Source: Acidimicrobiales bacterium (lineage in GTDB: Bacteria > Actinomycetota > Acidimicrobiia > Acidimicrobiales > SZUA-35). From it: a stretch of DNA of 64,000 bases. The translations under genes were made by a program, and so were the position numbers. The DNA lies in assembly GCA_038212405.1 (NCBI GenBank), contig JBBQUN010000001.1:830-64829 (forward strand), read 5' to 3'. Below the pieces are notes generated by a model. It was not told where the DNA came from. It searched no databases and saw only the letters and a list, made by a program, of their open reading frames with translations. This document shows, in pieces, positions 47,707 through 56,690 of this stretch (its first letter is position 1; each line of letters begins with the position of its first letter).

Positions 47707-47768
47707 GCAAACAGCGGCAGGACGGTTGGTGATCCGTTGCGCACCCTCAGCTCGGCGATGTCGTTGGT

Positions 47769-48152
47769 TCACACCAAATCGTTGCTGTTGGCTGCCACCC
47801 AGTCCCGCACATTGGGTCGGATCTCGACCGGCACCTCGATGCGGAACCGTTCGCCGCTGTTGGTTTTCACCGAGAGGTAACGGTGCCCGAGATCGGCTTT
47901 GAACGAGCCGGTTGGCGACGTGATCCGCCTGCCGATTCGGCGGTGAAGGAGATGGTCGGGATGAAGCTCGCAGCGTCGATACGCGACCGCGGCCGAAGCG
48001 GCGAACAGCGCCAGCGTTGCGGCGAGTGGCCAGCCAACGACGGTATCTCGCCACACGATCGTGATCATGGCCCCGCAGACCGCATAGATGAGGGCTTGCA
48101 GGTGACTCCCACCGATGATGAGCGGCTCGGCGGTGCTGCTTGGCTTGATCAT
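47769..48152 (-). CDS. small membrane protein, possibly bacterial PH-like (two TM helices plus beta-rich C-terminal domain)
   Basis: ATG 48152 overlaps the LysR stop (ATGA). 127 aa. The rest of the tracked 352-aa ORF is a shadow of the LysR gene. Confidence 0.4.
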   Translation of the reverse strand: MIKPSSTAEPLIIGGSHLQALIYAVCGAMITIVWRDTVVGWPLAATLALFAASAAVAYRRCELHPDHLLHRRIGRRITSPTGSFKADLGHRYLSVKTNSGERFRIEVPVEIRPNVRDWVAANSNDLV

Positions 48153-49051
48153 CGGCCCGACAACACTGCACGCAGACGGCGAGCAGCCTCGGTTGCGGGC
48201 TGGGTGCCTTTCCACACGACCCGGACCGGCTGTTCGAGCGTAATGCCACGCAGCATCAGTCGGGTGAGGCGGCCGGCGGAAAGGTCGGTTGCAACCTGGT
48301 CGAGGGGCAAGATGGCGACACCGGAACCGTTCACGGCCGCCAGTCTGGCGGCGGCGTTGCTCGGTACCTCGATTCGCCGCTCGATTGGGTCGAATCCGTG
48401 AGGCGCGAGCAGTGCCTCGATCACATCCCGCGTGCCGGATCCCTCGGTCCGCATGATCAACGCAGTGGCGAGAAGCTCTGATGCGCGAACCGAGGTGTTG
48501 TGGCGGCCTGCGAACGGGTGTCGCGGGCCGACCACCAGAGCGAGCTCGATCGTGGCAACGACCTCGGACCGGAGACCGATTGGAGCGAGGGGTCCGTCGC
48601 AGAGACCCATCGCGGCTCGGCCGTCGCGCACCGCACCGGCAACCCCGAGCGTGTCGAGCTCGCTCAGTTCGACGGTGACGCCATCGAGCGGCGAGCCTCC
48701 CACCCGCTGGGGTAGCACGTGTTCGATGGCCGTTCGGGTCGCAGCGAGTCGGAGGGTGTCGCCTGCTTCGCGTCGATCGTGTGCCAGGTCGACGAGCCGT
48801 CGGGCCGAGGTGAGGAGGTCGCCGCATGCACTGAGCAGCGCTTCTCCCGCCTCGGTCGGAACGGACCCGGTTGGTCCCCGCTCGAGCAGGCTGGTGCCGA
48901 GCTGGCGTTCGAGCTTTTGTAGGCGGGCGGTCGCCGACGGTTGCGTGATTCCCGTGCGCGCTGCGGCCTTCGACACACTACCGAGCTCGACGGCGCCCAG
49001 GAACAGTTGCAGGGCACCCAGATCCAAATCGTCGATCACCTGCGATGTCAT
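48149..49051 (-). CDS. LysR family transcriptional regulator
   Basis: LGALQLFLGAVELGSVSKAAARTGITQPSATARLQKLERQLG is a LysR HTH, followed by a substrate-binding domain. Confidence 0.9.
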   Translation of the reverse strand: MTSQVIDDLDLGALQLFLGAVELGSVSKAAARTGITQPSATARLQKLERQLGTSLLERGPTGSVPTEAGEALLSACGDLLTSARRLVDLAHDRREAGDTLRLAATRTAIEHVLPQRVGGSPLDGVTVELSELDTLGVAGAVRDGRAAMGLCDGPLAPIGLRSEVVATIELALVVGPRHPFAGRHNTSVRASELLATALIMRTEGSGTRDVIEALLAPHGFDPIERRIEVPSNAAARLAAVNGSGVAILPLDQVATDLSAGRLTRLMLRGITLEQPVRVVWKGTQPATEAARRLRAVLSGR

Positions 49052-49159
49052 TGCCAGATCATGTCACAGCTATCAGGTTTACCAATGACGCAGAAGGAAG
49101 TTCGCTGGTGCCGCTCGGCGGCGAATGCTGCTTGGATGGGGGTCGGGACGAGAAACAAA

Positions 49160-49213
49160 GTGATCAGGAAGACAGCATGACCAGGAAGACAGCATGACTG
49201 GAAGAACAGCGTG
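49160..49213 (+). promoter_or_regulatory. three 17-bp tandem repeats forming three chained 6-codon mini-ORFs ending on the start codon of the downstream gene
   Basis: GTGATCAGGAAGACAGCATGA (49160-80), ATGACCAGGAAGACAGCATGA (49177-97) and ATGACTGGAAGAACAGCGTGA (49194-214). Each stop overlaps the next start (ATGA/ATGA/GTGA). Confidence 0.7.
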
Positions 49214-50296
49214 ATCCGCTACGGCGTCATCGGGACCGGCATGATGGGTGTCGAACACATCGAGAACATCCTCGCCATCGAAGGGGCGTCGGTCACCGCC
49301 ATTGCCGACCCGGTCGAGTCCTCACGGGCCCAAGGGTTGGCTGCGGCTGCCCCGTCGGGACAGCCAGTGAGCGTGTTCGAGGACCATCGCGACCTTCTCG
49401 CCGGCGGAGAGGTCGATGCGGTCGTCGTCGTCAGCCCGAACAACACCCACATCGAGGTGATGTCCGACGTCCTCGAGGCCGGCGTTCACGTGATGTGCGA
49501 GAAGCCGCTGTGTACCACGGTCGAAGACGTGAAGATCCTGATCGCGAAGGCCGAGGCCACTGGCGGGACCGAGGGTGACCGCAAGGTCTGGGTCGGGCTC
49601 GAGTACCGCTACATGCCGGCGGTCGCCGAACTGATCACCGACATCCGCGCCGGGGTCGTTGGTAGGCCGAAGATGGTGGCGATTCGCGAACACCGGTTCC
49701 CCTTCCTCGTGAAGGTCGACAACTGGAACCGCTTCTCGATCAACACCGGCGGCACCTTGGTCGAGAAGTGCTGTCACTTCTTCGACCTGATGAACCTTCT
49801 GCTCGATGAGAAACCCACGCGGGTGATGGCCTCGGGCAACCAAGACGTCAACCACCTCGATGAGGTCTACGACGGGCGTCGCCCCGACATCCTCGACAAC
49901 GCCTTCGTCATCGTCGACTATCCCAGTGGCGCTCGGGCATTGCTCGATCTCTGCATGTTCGCCGAGGCGACGCACAACCAGGAAGAAGTCTCGGTGATCG
50001 GCGACAAGGGCAAGATCGAAGCCCTGCTGCCTCAGGGTCTGATCCGAACCGGGATTCGAGGCGAGCACCGAATCGGCGGCGTCGACGAACGACACGCCGA
50101 CGAGTCCCACATTGCCTACCAAGGACTCCACCACGGTTCGAGCTACGTGGAACACCAACGGTTCTTCGATGCCATCAATGGAACGAACCCGATCGAAGTG
50201 ACCCTCGACGACGGGCTGTGGTCAGTGGCCATGGGGGTCGCAGCCCACCGAAGTATCGAAACCGGGCGACCAATCACGATGAATGAGGTCATGTGA
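49211..50296 (+). CDS. Gfo/Idh/MocA family oxidoreductase
   Basis: IRYGVIGTGMMG Rossmann start, CEKPL motif, and a C-terminal alpha/beta domain. Confidence 0.9.
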   Translation: MIRYGVIGTGMMGVEHIENILAIEGASVTAIADPVESSRAQGLAAAAPSGQPVSVFEDHRDLLAGGEVDAVVVVSPNNTHIEVMSDVLEAGVHVMCEKPLCTTVEDVKILIAKAEATGGTEGDRKVWVGLEYRYMPAVAELITDIRAGVVGRPKMVAIREHRFPFLVKVDNWNRFSINTGGTLVEKCCHFFDLMNLLLDEKPTRVMASGNQDVNHLDEVYDGRRPDILDNAFVIVDYPSGARALLDLCMFAEATHNQEEVSVIGDKGKIEALLPQGLIRTGIRGEHRIGGVDERHADESHIAYQGLHHGSSYVEHQRFFDAINGTNPIEVTLDDGLWSVAMGVAAHRSIETGRPITMNEVM

Positions 50297-51399
50297 TGTC
50301 ACAAGTCAACACCGCTCGCGGTCCGGTCGAAATGGCGTGGTTCAGCGCCCTGTGCGACGACGACTACGAATTCCTCGGGGTGCCGGATCCCGAACTCGCC
50401 AGCTCGTTCGAACACTGTCGCAACATCACGCTGACAGCTGACCGCTATGGCTTCGACAACATCTTGTTGCCGTCGGGCTACGCACTCGGCATCGACAACA
50501 CCGCATTCGCAGCGGCCATGGGGCCGATGACCAAGCTTCGCATGCTGCTCGCCATTCGCTGTGGCGAGATGGTCGTGCCCCAGCTCGCTCGCCAGATCGC
50601 CTCGATCGACCAGATCCTCGACGGCAGGCTGGCCATCAACATCATCTCGAGCGACGTGCCGGGTGAAGTGCTCGACTCCGAACCCCGCTACCAGCGTTCG
50701 ACCGAGATCATGTACGTCCTCCGTGAGCTCCTCGACGGGCGCGGCGTCGACTTCCACGGCGAGCACATCGATCTCACCATCGAGCCGCCCCGCGTTCGCA
50801 CGGTGTCGGGAACGAGTCCGTTGTTCTACTTCGGGGGACTGTCGCCCGCCGCCCGCGAGTGCGCCGCTGCCGGTGCCGATGTTTTCTTGATGTGGCCCGA
50901 TGTCACCGAGAAGGTGCTCGAAGTCAAAGCCGACATGGATGCACGCGCCGCAGCCAAAGGCCGCTCGCTGCGCTACGGCTGGCGCTCGCACGTCATCGTT
51001 CGCGAAACCGAAGGCGAAGCCCGGGCAGCAGCTCGACGCCTGCTCTCGAAGCTCGACGACGAGACCGGCGAGGCCATCCGCAAGAAGTCGCTCGACTCGG
51101 CCTCGGCTGGGGTTGCCGCTCAATCAGCGCTGCGGGACGGCGCCGACGACGAAGGCTACGCCGAACGGCATCTGTGGACCGGTGTCGGGCGAGCACGATC
51201 GGGTGCTGGTGCGGCGATCGTTGGTGACCCCGATCAGGTGTTGGCCAAGATCAACGAATTGACCGACGCCGGCATCGAGGCGTTCATCTTGTCTGGCTAC
51301 CCGCACGCAGCCGAGTGTGATCTGTTCGCTCGTCACGTGCTGCCCCACATCGACCACTCTCGGCTGGACTTCGAGCCGCATCCGGTCGCCATCGGGTGA
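50293..51399 (+). CDS. LLM-class (luciferase-like) flavin-dependent oxidoreductase
   Basis: FDNILLPSGY..., GRLAINIISS and LFYFGG are TIM-barrel LLM patterns. GTGATG overlap with the upstream stop. Confidence 0.85.
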   Translation: MMSQVNTARGPVEMAWFSALCDDDYEFLGVPDPELASSFEHCRNITLTADRYGFDNILLPSGYALGIDNTAFAAAMGPMTKLRMLLAIRCGEMVVPQLARQIASIDQILDGRLAINIISSDVPGEVLDSEPRYQRSTEIMYVLRELLDGRGVDFHGEHIDLTIEPPRVRTVSGTSPLFYFGGLSPAARECAAAGADVFLMWPDVTEKVLEVKADMDARAAAKGRSLRYGWRSHVIVRETEGEARAAARRLLSKLDDETGEAIRKKSLDSASAGVAAQSALRDGADDEGYAERHLWTGVGRARSGAGAAIVGDPDQVLAKINELTDAGIEAFILSGYPHAAECDLFARHVLPHIDHSRLDFEPHPVAIG

Positions 51400-51454
51400 C
51401 ACGCGCAGGGGCGACAGGCACAACGGCGACCACCATCGAGAGTACGGTGACCGC

Positions 51455-52456
51455 GTGAAGACCGCTCGTGCCGTTGCCCCCGGCATTGCCCTTGTTGCTG
51501 CCGTCGCGCTCATCGCAACACTGCTGGCAGATCGGGTCGAGGCGATCTCACCATTGGTTGCCGGCGTCGTGCTCGGTGCGGTCATCGTCAATCTCGTTTC
51601 GCTGCCGGCTCCACTCCAGCCGGGCATCACGTTTGCCGCAAAGAACCTGTTGCGAGTAGGCGTGGTGTTGCTGGGCTTCCGATTGTCGCTGAGCGACCTC
51701 GGCGACCTCGGACTTCGTGGGCTGGTCGTTGTGGCCTTGGTCGTCGCTTGCACGTTCTTCGGCACCCAGTGGCTTGGGGCAATGATGGGGTTGTCCAAAG
51801 ACCTGTCGCTGCTCGTAGCCACCGGCTACTCGATCTGTGGTGCGTCGGCGGTCGCGGCCATGGATGGGGTCATCGAAGCCGACGAGGAAGAGACGGCGTA
51901 TGCCGTTGCCCTCGTCACCCTCTGCGGCTCGCTTTCGATCGGAGTATTGCCGTTGCTCGGCCACCTGATGGGCATCGAAGGCGCAACCTTCGGTACCTGG
52001 GTCGGCGCTGCAGTGCACGATGTCGCCCAGGTGGTGGCAACCGCTTCGACCGACGGTCAAGAGGCGCTCGAAGCAGCAACGGTCGTCAAGCTCTCCCGAG
52101 TCGTGCTGCTCGCCCCGCTCGTCGCTCTCGTCGCGTTACGTCGTCGCAAGAGCGCGGCCAACGACGGTGTGGTGCTCGAGGCGGGAACGAAGCGTCCACC
52201 CCTGGTTCCGCTCTTCGTCGCCGGCTTCCTGGCGGCGATCCTGATTCGCAGTTCCGATGTGCTGTCGGGCGATGTTCTCGGCAACATCAAGGACCTCGAA
52301 AAGATCCTCCTGACCCTGGCGCTGGTCGGGCTCGGCATGGGTGTGCGGTTCGATCGCCTTCGCAAGTTGGGTGGTCGCCCGCTCGTTCTCGGGCTCGTGT
52401 CGTGGGTCCTCGTTGCCGGCGTCGCCCTTGCGGGTGTGGGCATCATCAACGCCTGA
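51455..52456 (+). CDS. YeiH/UPF0324 family membrane protein (putative sulfate exporter family)
   Basis: GTG 51455. ~10 TM helices. GYSICGASAVAA motif is typical of YeiH. Confidence 0.8.
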   Translation: MKTARAVAPGIALVAAVALIATLLADRVEAISPLVAGVVLGAVIVNLVSLPAPLQPGITFAAKNLLRVGVVLLGFRLSLSDLGDLGLRGLVVVALVVACTFFGTQWLGAMMGLSKDLSLLVATGYSICGASAVAAMDGVIEADEEETAYAVALVTLCGSLSIGVLPLLGHLMGIEGATFGTWVGAAVHDVAQVVATASTDGQEALEAATVVKLSRVVLLAPLVALVALRRRKSAANDGVVLEAGTKRPPLVPLFVAGFLAAILIRSSDVLSGDVLGNIKDLEKILLTLALVGLGMGVRFDRLRKLGGRPLVLGLVSWVLVAGVALAGVGIINA

Positions 52457-52474
52457 CCGCGGCAAGATGGGCTC

Positions 52475-53635
52475 GTGACCTCCCGCCTCCTCAGCCAACA
52501 GATCGATTCGCAAACGATGTCGAGTCACGACCTCGATGAGCTCGACCTGATGATCACCGCAGGCCAGTTGCTCTGGCTCGATGTCGTCAGTACCGATGCC
52601 GATGAGCTCGATGAACTAGGTGAACTCTTCGGCTTCGATCCTGGCGCCATCGAAGACATCCTCGATGTGGAGCAACTCCCGAAGTTCGAGGCGTACGACG
52701 ACCACGTGTTCGTCGTGATCCACGGCCTCACGAGCGATGGTGAGCGAGTCGATACTCGTGAGGTCGATTGCTTCATCGGTGAGAACTTGTTCGTCACCGT
52801 CCACGCCGAACCCGTGGTCGGGATCGACTGGCTGTGGGACGCAGTGCAACGCCACGAGCACCTTGCAGGTGAGAGCTCCGACGAACTCTTCGGTCAATTG
52901 GCCGAAGTCGTCGGGCGTCGTTACATCGAGATTGCCAACGAGATCGAGTCACGCATCGATCGATTGGCCGAGGCCGCCCTCCGCGCCGATCCATCGGTTC
53001 TCCAAGAAGTGCAGACGCTGCGACGTGAGGAAGCAACCGTTCGCAAGATGCTGCGGCCCCAGCTGTTGGTGATTCGCGATCTGCGCAAGCGCAACACGAC
53101 CGAGATCGGCAAGGAGGCAGCCCGCTTGCTTGGCGATGCGTATGACGTGCACCGCCAAGTCGTGGAGTCACTGTCATCCACACGCGGTCTGCTGAGCGAC
53201 ACACTCGATACCTACCGCGGGGCGTCTGCCGATCAGCAGGCTCGGGCAACGACACTGCTTGCGGTCTATTCGGCGCTCCTGCTGCCGTTGACGCTCATCA
53301 CCGGCTGGTACGGGATGAACGTGCGCGGTTTGCCGGCAGCCGAACGTCAGCATTCGTGGTGGATCGTGACCCTGGTCATGGTCGCCATTGCTCTCGTCAG
53401 TGTGATCGTCTTCGTCCAGATCGGGCTGATTCGATTGCCCGGCAATCGACGAGGCCGTGTCACCGCTGGGCTTGCGGCTGCGGCGAAGTCGCCGGTGAAA
53501 CCGTTCACGATGTTGCGAAAGCCTGTGGCGTCTGGCAGCAAGACCCTGGTCGCCGGTGCCCGCCGAGCGGCATCTCGGGGCAGTCAGACGAGTCGATCCG
53601 GACGCTCGACGACCCATCGTCCGCCTACTGGCTGA
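52475..53635 (+). CDS. corA: CorA family magnesium/cobalt transporter with long basic C-terminal tail
   Basis: TGWYGMNV (GMN motif) between two C-terminal TM helices, and a cytoplasmic acidic N-domain. Confidence 0.9.
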   Translation: MTSRLLSQQIDSQTMSSHDLDELDLMITAGQLLWLDVVSTDADELDELGELFGFDPGAIEDILDVEQLPKFEAYDDHVFVVIHGLTSDGERVDTREVDCFIGENLFVTVHAEPVVGIDWLWDAVQRHEHLAGESSDELFGQLAEVVGRRYIEIANEIESRIDRLAEAALRADPSVLQEVQTLRREEATVRKMLRPQLLVIRDLRKRNTTEIGKEAARLLGDAYDVHRQVVESLSSTRGLLSDTLDTYRGASADQQARATTLLAVYSALLLPLTLITGWYGMNVRGLPAAERQHSWWIVTLVMVAIALVSVIVFVQIGLIRLPGNRRGRVTAGLAAAAKSPVKPFTMLRKPVASGSKTLVAGARRAASRGSQTSRSGRSTTHRPPTG

Positions 53636-53660
53636 TGCGGCGACCGCGACCTCCGTCGCG

Positions 53661-55313
53661 TCAGCGAAGCGTGACCGACCCGGCCGGTGCCAGGGTCACC
53701 CAGGTCTCGCCTGGCGTCAGGAGGATCTCGGCTCCGGAGGTATCGGAGAGGATGATACGGTCGCCGGCTGCTGCTCGACTCCAGGTGCCGGTCACCACGA
53801 CCCCACTGGTGAAGACATCGACCCGACCCTGACCAACGGTGATGGCTTCGGGTGATTCGGAATCGGCGATGCTCACGGCGTACTCGGTGGTCATCACCAC
53901 GACGTTCTCCGGCGCGATCTGTGCGCCTCCTGGTTCGGTGTGGAGCGCCCCGTCGTGACGTCGGATCCAGCCTCCTCGGTTGCCATCCCAGCGATAGGTG
54001 ACGGTGGTCCTACCGAACGCGACGTCGACTCCTGACGACGCGCGAGCGGCGTTGGCGGGCGCAAGGTTCGATGCTCGATAGCGGAACAACGGTGCCGGGG
54101 TCGACGTCGGGTTCGAGGCGATGGCGTAGAGCCTGCTGGTCGTCGCGAACAGGTTGTGCGGAGCTCGGCGAGCGGATTCCCGGTAGTAGGCGTTGCCGCC
54201 AACGAGGGCGTTGACGTTCTGCACCGGCGCCGACTCGAGCAATCTCAGAATCGTGGCGTTGGCACCGGATGCGGCGAGCATCGGCGTGTTGAACTGAGCC
54301 AGCACGTCGAAGTCGGTCGTGCGAATCGAACGGACGGGGCCAACAACCGCAGGCACATCGGACTGGAAGATCGCGATCAGTCGCGTGAGATCACCTTCGA
54401 CCTTCTCCTCGAACACGATGTCGGCTTGGTTCAGGCCCACCTGCGGTCGGGCAAGTGGCACGTTGTCGATCTTGACGGCAAGGGCGGTTCGGTTGGCGGC
54501 GTCTCGTGTCGCTTCACCGGTGAGCGGGTTGCGCTCGACCAGGATCGAGGCGAGCCGGTTTTCGTATTCACCGGATGCGAGGAAACCGGCGATCACGTCG
54601 GAGTAACGCGTGCCACTGTTGATCAGCCCGGCCCAATAGGCGAGCCCGGCCGGCTCGGGTGTGCGGTCGAGCATGCCGATGTAGAGCATGGTGGCTCGCA
54701 CGTCGCCGTAGGTGGCGGTTCGATTTTCGGCCGATTCGGAGAAGTTCGTCATGACCTGACCGCGGTCGAGGCCACGAGCCATCTGTTGCAGCCAGTACCC
54801 GCGGCCACCCTCGTCGGATGCCCGGCTGAGAACGTTTCGGTACACCAGGTCGATGAATTCTGCGTCGTTCAACGCTCCATAGGTGTTGCTGAACTCGGTC
54901 GATCCGGCAAAATTCTGCGAGATCGAGGCGATGTCTTGGCCGGCGCGAATGCGCCCGGTCCAGAATTCGAGGCCGCCGATGTCAGGCGAGCGGAGGAAGT
55001 AGGCGACGTAGAGCCGGACGAGGGGAGCGATCACGGCCTCGAACTCGGGTTGCTCGGCCATCGACTGGATGAGCGTTGCCGGGTGCACGCCGCTGTCGAG
55101 CTGGTGATTCCAAAAGGCCAGGCCGCCCGCGTCGGGGGAGCGGCCGAGGAAGTCGAGGTATTGCTGGGTGATCAGGTCGCGCCCAGCTGGTGGTGCCGGC
55201 GCTTGCGCCGCCCCCACCGGTGTTGCGCCGATCGACACGGCACCCGCCAACAGGCTCACCGAGAGAGAAACCAAGAGCACGACAGACCGTGTGGCAGTTC
55301 GTTGGGCGCCCAT
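53661..55313 (-). CDS. secreted protein with several DUF4214-type repeats (I count about four) plus C-terminal DUF3048 domain
   Basis: Signal VVLLVSLSVSLLAGAVSIGATPVGA. Repeated QYLDFLGRSPDAGGLAFW / LVYRNVLSRASDEGGRGYW units. AVKIDNVPLARPQVGLNQADIVFEEKVEGDLTRLIAIF is the DUF3048 pattern. Confidence 0.8.
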   Translation of the reverse strand: MGAQRTATRSVVLLVSLSVSLLAGAVSIGATPVGAAQAPAPPAGRDLITQQYLDFLGRSPDAGGLAFWNHQLDSGVHPATLIQSMAEQPEFEAVIAPLVRLYVAYFLRSPDIGGLEFWTGRIRAGQDIASISQNFAGSTEFSNTYGALNDAEFIDLVYRNVLSRASDEGGRGYWLQQMARGLDRGQVMTNFSESAENRTATYGDVRATMLYIGMLDRTPEPAGLAYWAGLINSGTRYSDVIAGFLASGEYENRLASILVERNPLTGEATRDAANRTALAVKIDNVPLARPQVGLNQADIVFEEKVEGDLTRLIAIFQSDVPAVVGPVRSIRTTDFDVLAQFNTPMLAASGANATILRLLESAPVQNVNALVGGNAYYRESARRAPHNLFATTSRLYAIASNPTSTPAPLFRYRASNLAPANAARASSGVDVAFGRTTVTYRWDGNRGGWIRRHDGALHTEPGGAQIAPENVVVMTTEYAVSIADSESPEAITVGQGRVDVFTSGVVVTGTWSRAAAGDRIILSDTSGAEILLTPGETWVTLAPAGSVTLR

Positions 55314-55406
55314 GGCTGTTGACCATAGCGAAACCTGGGCTCAGCGGCGGAGGGAGCGAGACGTCGACGGTCGCCCAGGCTCGCACCGAGGCGCTCGGGT
55401 CGAGCG

Positions 55407-55456
55407 GGTTGATGAACACGAACGTGCGAAAACAGTCGTTTCTGTTCATCGACCTC
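55407..55456 (+). repeat. conserved hairpin element, copy A
   Basis: GGTT GATGAACACGAACG TGCGAAAACAGT CGTTTCTGTTCATC GACCTC. 14-bp stem and 12-nt loop. Confidence 0.9.
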
Positions 55457-55577
55457 CGTTGAACGAGGAGGAGCAGCCGGCGGCCCGTCCTCGCAAAAGC
55501 TGTGTCCCGAAGCAGCTGCTTGCGTTCACCAGTGGTGACGGGAGGGCGGTGTCAGTGGCGGTCGCTACGGTCTCGGC

Positions 55578-56642
55578 ATGCGATATGACGAGGCGTGGAA
55601 CGCTGTCGTCGGGCTCGCGGCTTCTCGACACGGCGCATTCCACGCAGTTGAAGCCGCCGAATGTGGGGTCAACCAGGTGCGGCTCCGCCGTGGCGTGGAA
55701 ACTGGTGAGCTGGTGCGTCCGCACCAGCGCGTCTTCGTGCTGGCATCGGCGCCGCGCAGTCAACTCCAAGCGCTCCATGTTGCGACACTGTCGACGAGGT
55801 TGTCCGGAAAGGCCAGCTCAGCGTCTGGCGGGTCAGCGTCTGGCGGGTCAGCGTCTGGCGGGTCGTCATTGGGCAGCTCGGCATCTGGCGTCCTCGCAGC
55901 GGGCGGGTCGGTAACGACCGGCGTGGTGTCGGGCGGTGTCATCAGTCATGCCAGTGCTGCGGCGGTGCACGGCTTGGTCGACGCCCATCCACAACAGATC
56001 TCGTTGTGGGTTCCTTCGAATGCCAGGCGGCGCGGCTCGGGCTACGCGCTGCATCGAAACGGACCGATCGAACCGGCGCGTGACCTGACCACCGTTGATG
56101 GTCTGCCCGTGGTGAACCGGGCGGCGAGCCTGTGCCAATTGGGGAGCACCAACCCGGCACTCGTCGATCGGGCGCTCGATACGTTTTCGCGGACATCGTC
56201 GATGGCCTGGCTCCATCAGACAGCAGACCGGTGGCGGTTGTACGACCCACGAACGGTGGCGGCTCTCGACCGGGTTCTTGCCGACCCGCGTCGCTATCAG
56301 GGAGTCACCGACTCCTGGTTCGAACGGGTTGTTGCCGGTCTCCTGCTTCGCCGGAATCTTCCACCAATCGAAACTCAATACGAGGTCGTGATCAACGGCC
56401 GGGTCTATCGGATCGATATCGCGATACCCGAGGTCCTGGTCGGCGTCGAGGCCCACTCTCGAGAGTTCCATTGGGGCCCTGACTCCGAAGCGGCCGACAA
56501 CAACCGTGACCTCGAGTTCACCTCCATTGGATGGCAGCTCCTCTACATGACGTGGTGGCAGTCGAAGCATCCCGACCAATTCGTCGACCACATCGTGGCA
56601 ACGGTCCAGACCCGGCTGCGGCAAGGAATCACCGCCAGCTGA
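55578..56642 (+). CDS. AbiEi_4-like N-terminal HTH domain fused to DUF559 (Vsr/PD-(D/E)XK-like endonuclease fold) protein
   Basis: The N-terminus (LAASRHGAFHAVEAAECGVNQVRLRRGVETGELVRPHQRVFVL) resembles the AbiEi antitoxin-like domain. The C-terminus (YRIDIAIPEVLVGVEAHSREFHWG...DNNRDLEFTSIGWQLLYMTW) resembles DUF559. Confidence 0.7.
   Translation: MRYDEAWNAVVGLAASRHGAFHAVEAAECGVNQVRLRRGVETGELVRPHQRVFVLASAPRSQLQALHVATLSTRLSGKASSASGGSASGGSASGGSSLGSSASGVLAAGGSVTTGVVSGGVISHASAAAVHGLVDAHPQQISLWVPSNARRRGSGYALHRNGPIEPARDLTTVDGLPVVNRAASLCQLGSTNPALVDRALDTFSRTSSMAWLHQTADRWRLYDPRTVAALDRVLADPRRYQGVTDSWFERVVAGLLLRRNLPPIETQYEVVINGRVYRIDIAIPEVLVGVEAHSREFHWGPDSEAADNNRDLEFTSIGWQLLYMTWWQSKHPDQFVDHIVATVQTRLRQGITAS
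55817..55861. repeat. in-frame 15-bp x3 tandem repeat (SASGG) inside the DUF559 gene
   Basis: CTCAGCGTCTGGCGG / GTCAGCGTCTGGCGG / GTCAGCGTCTGGCGG. Confidence 0.9.
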
Positions 56643-56690
56643 GGAATGGACGCCTCGGAACGCCCGCCTCGGGGCGGTGGCCGAGGCTGA

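Noticed and set aside
53645-53660. CGCGAC-ctcc-GTCGCG hairpin between the convergent corA and DUF3048 genes as a bidirectional terminator
   Set aside because: The stem is only 6 bp, there is no U-tract, and it abuts the stop codon of the minus-strand gene. That is too weak to call.
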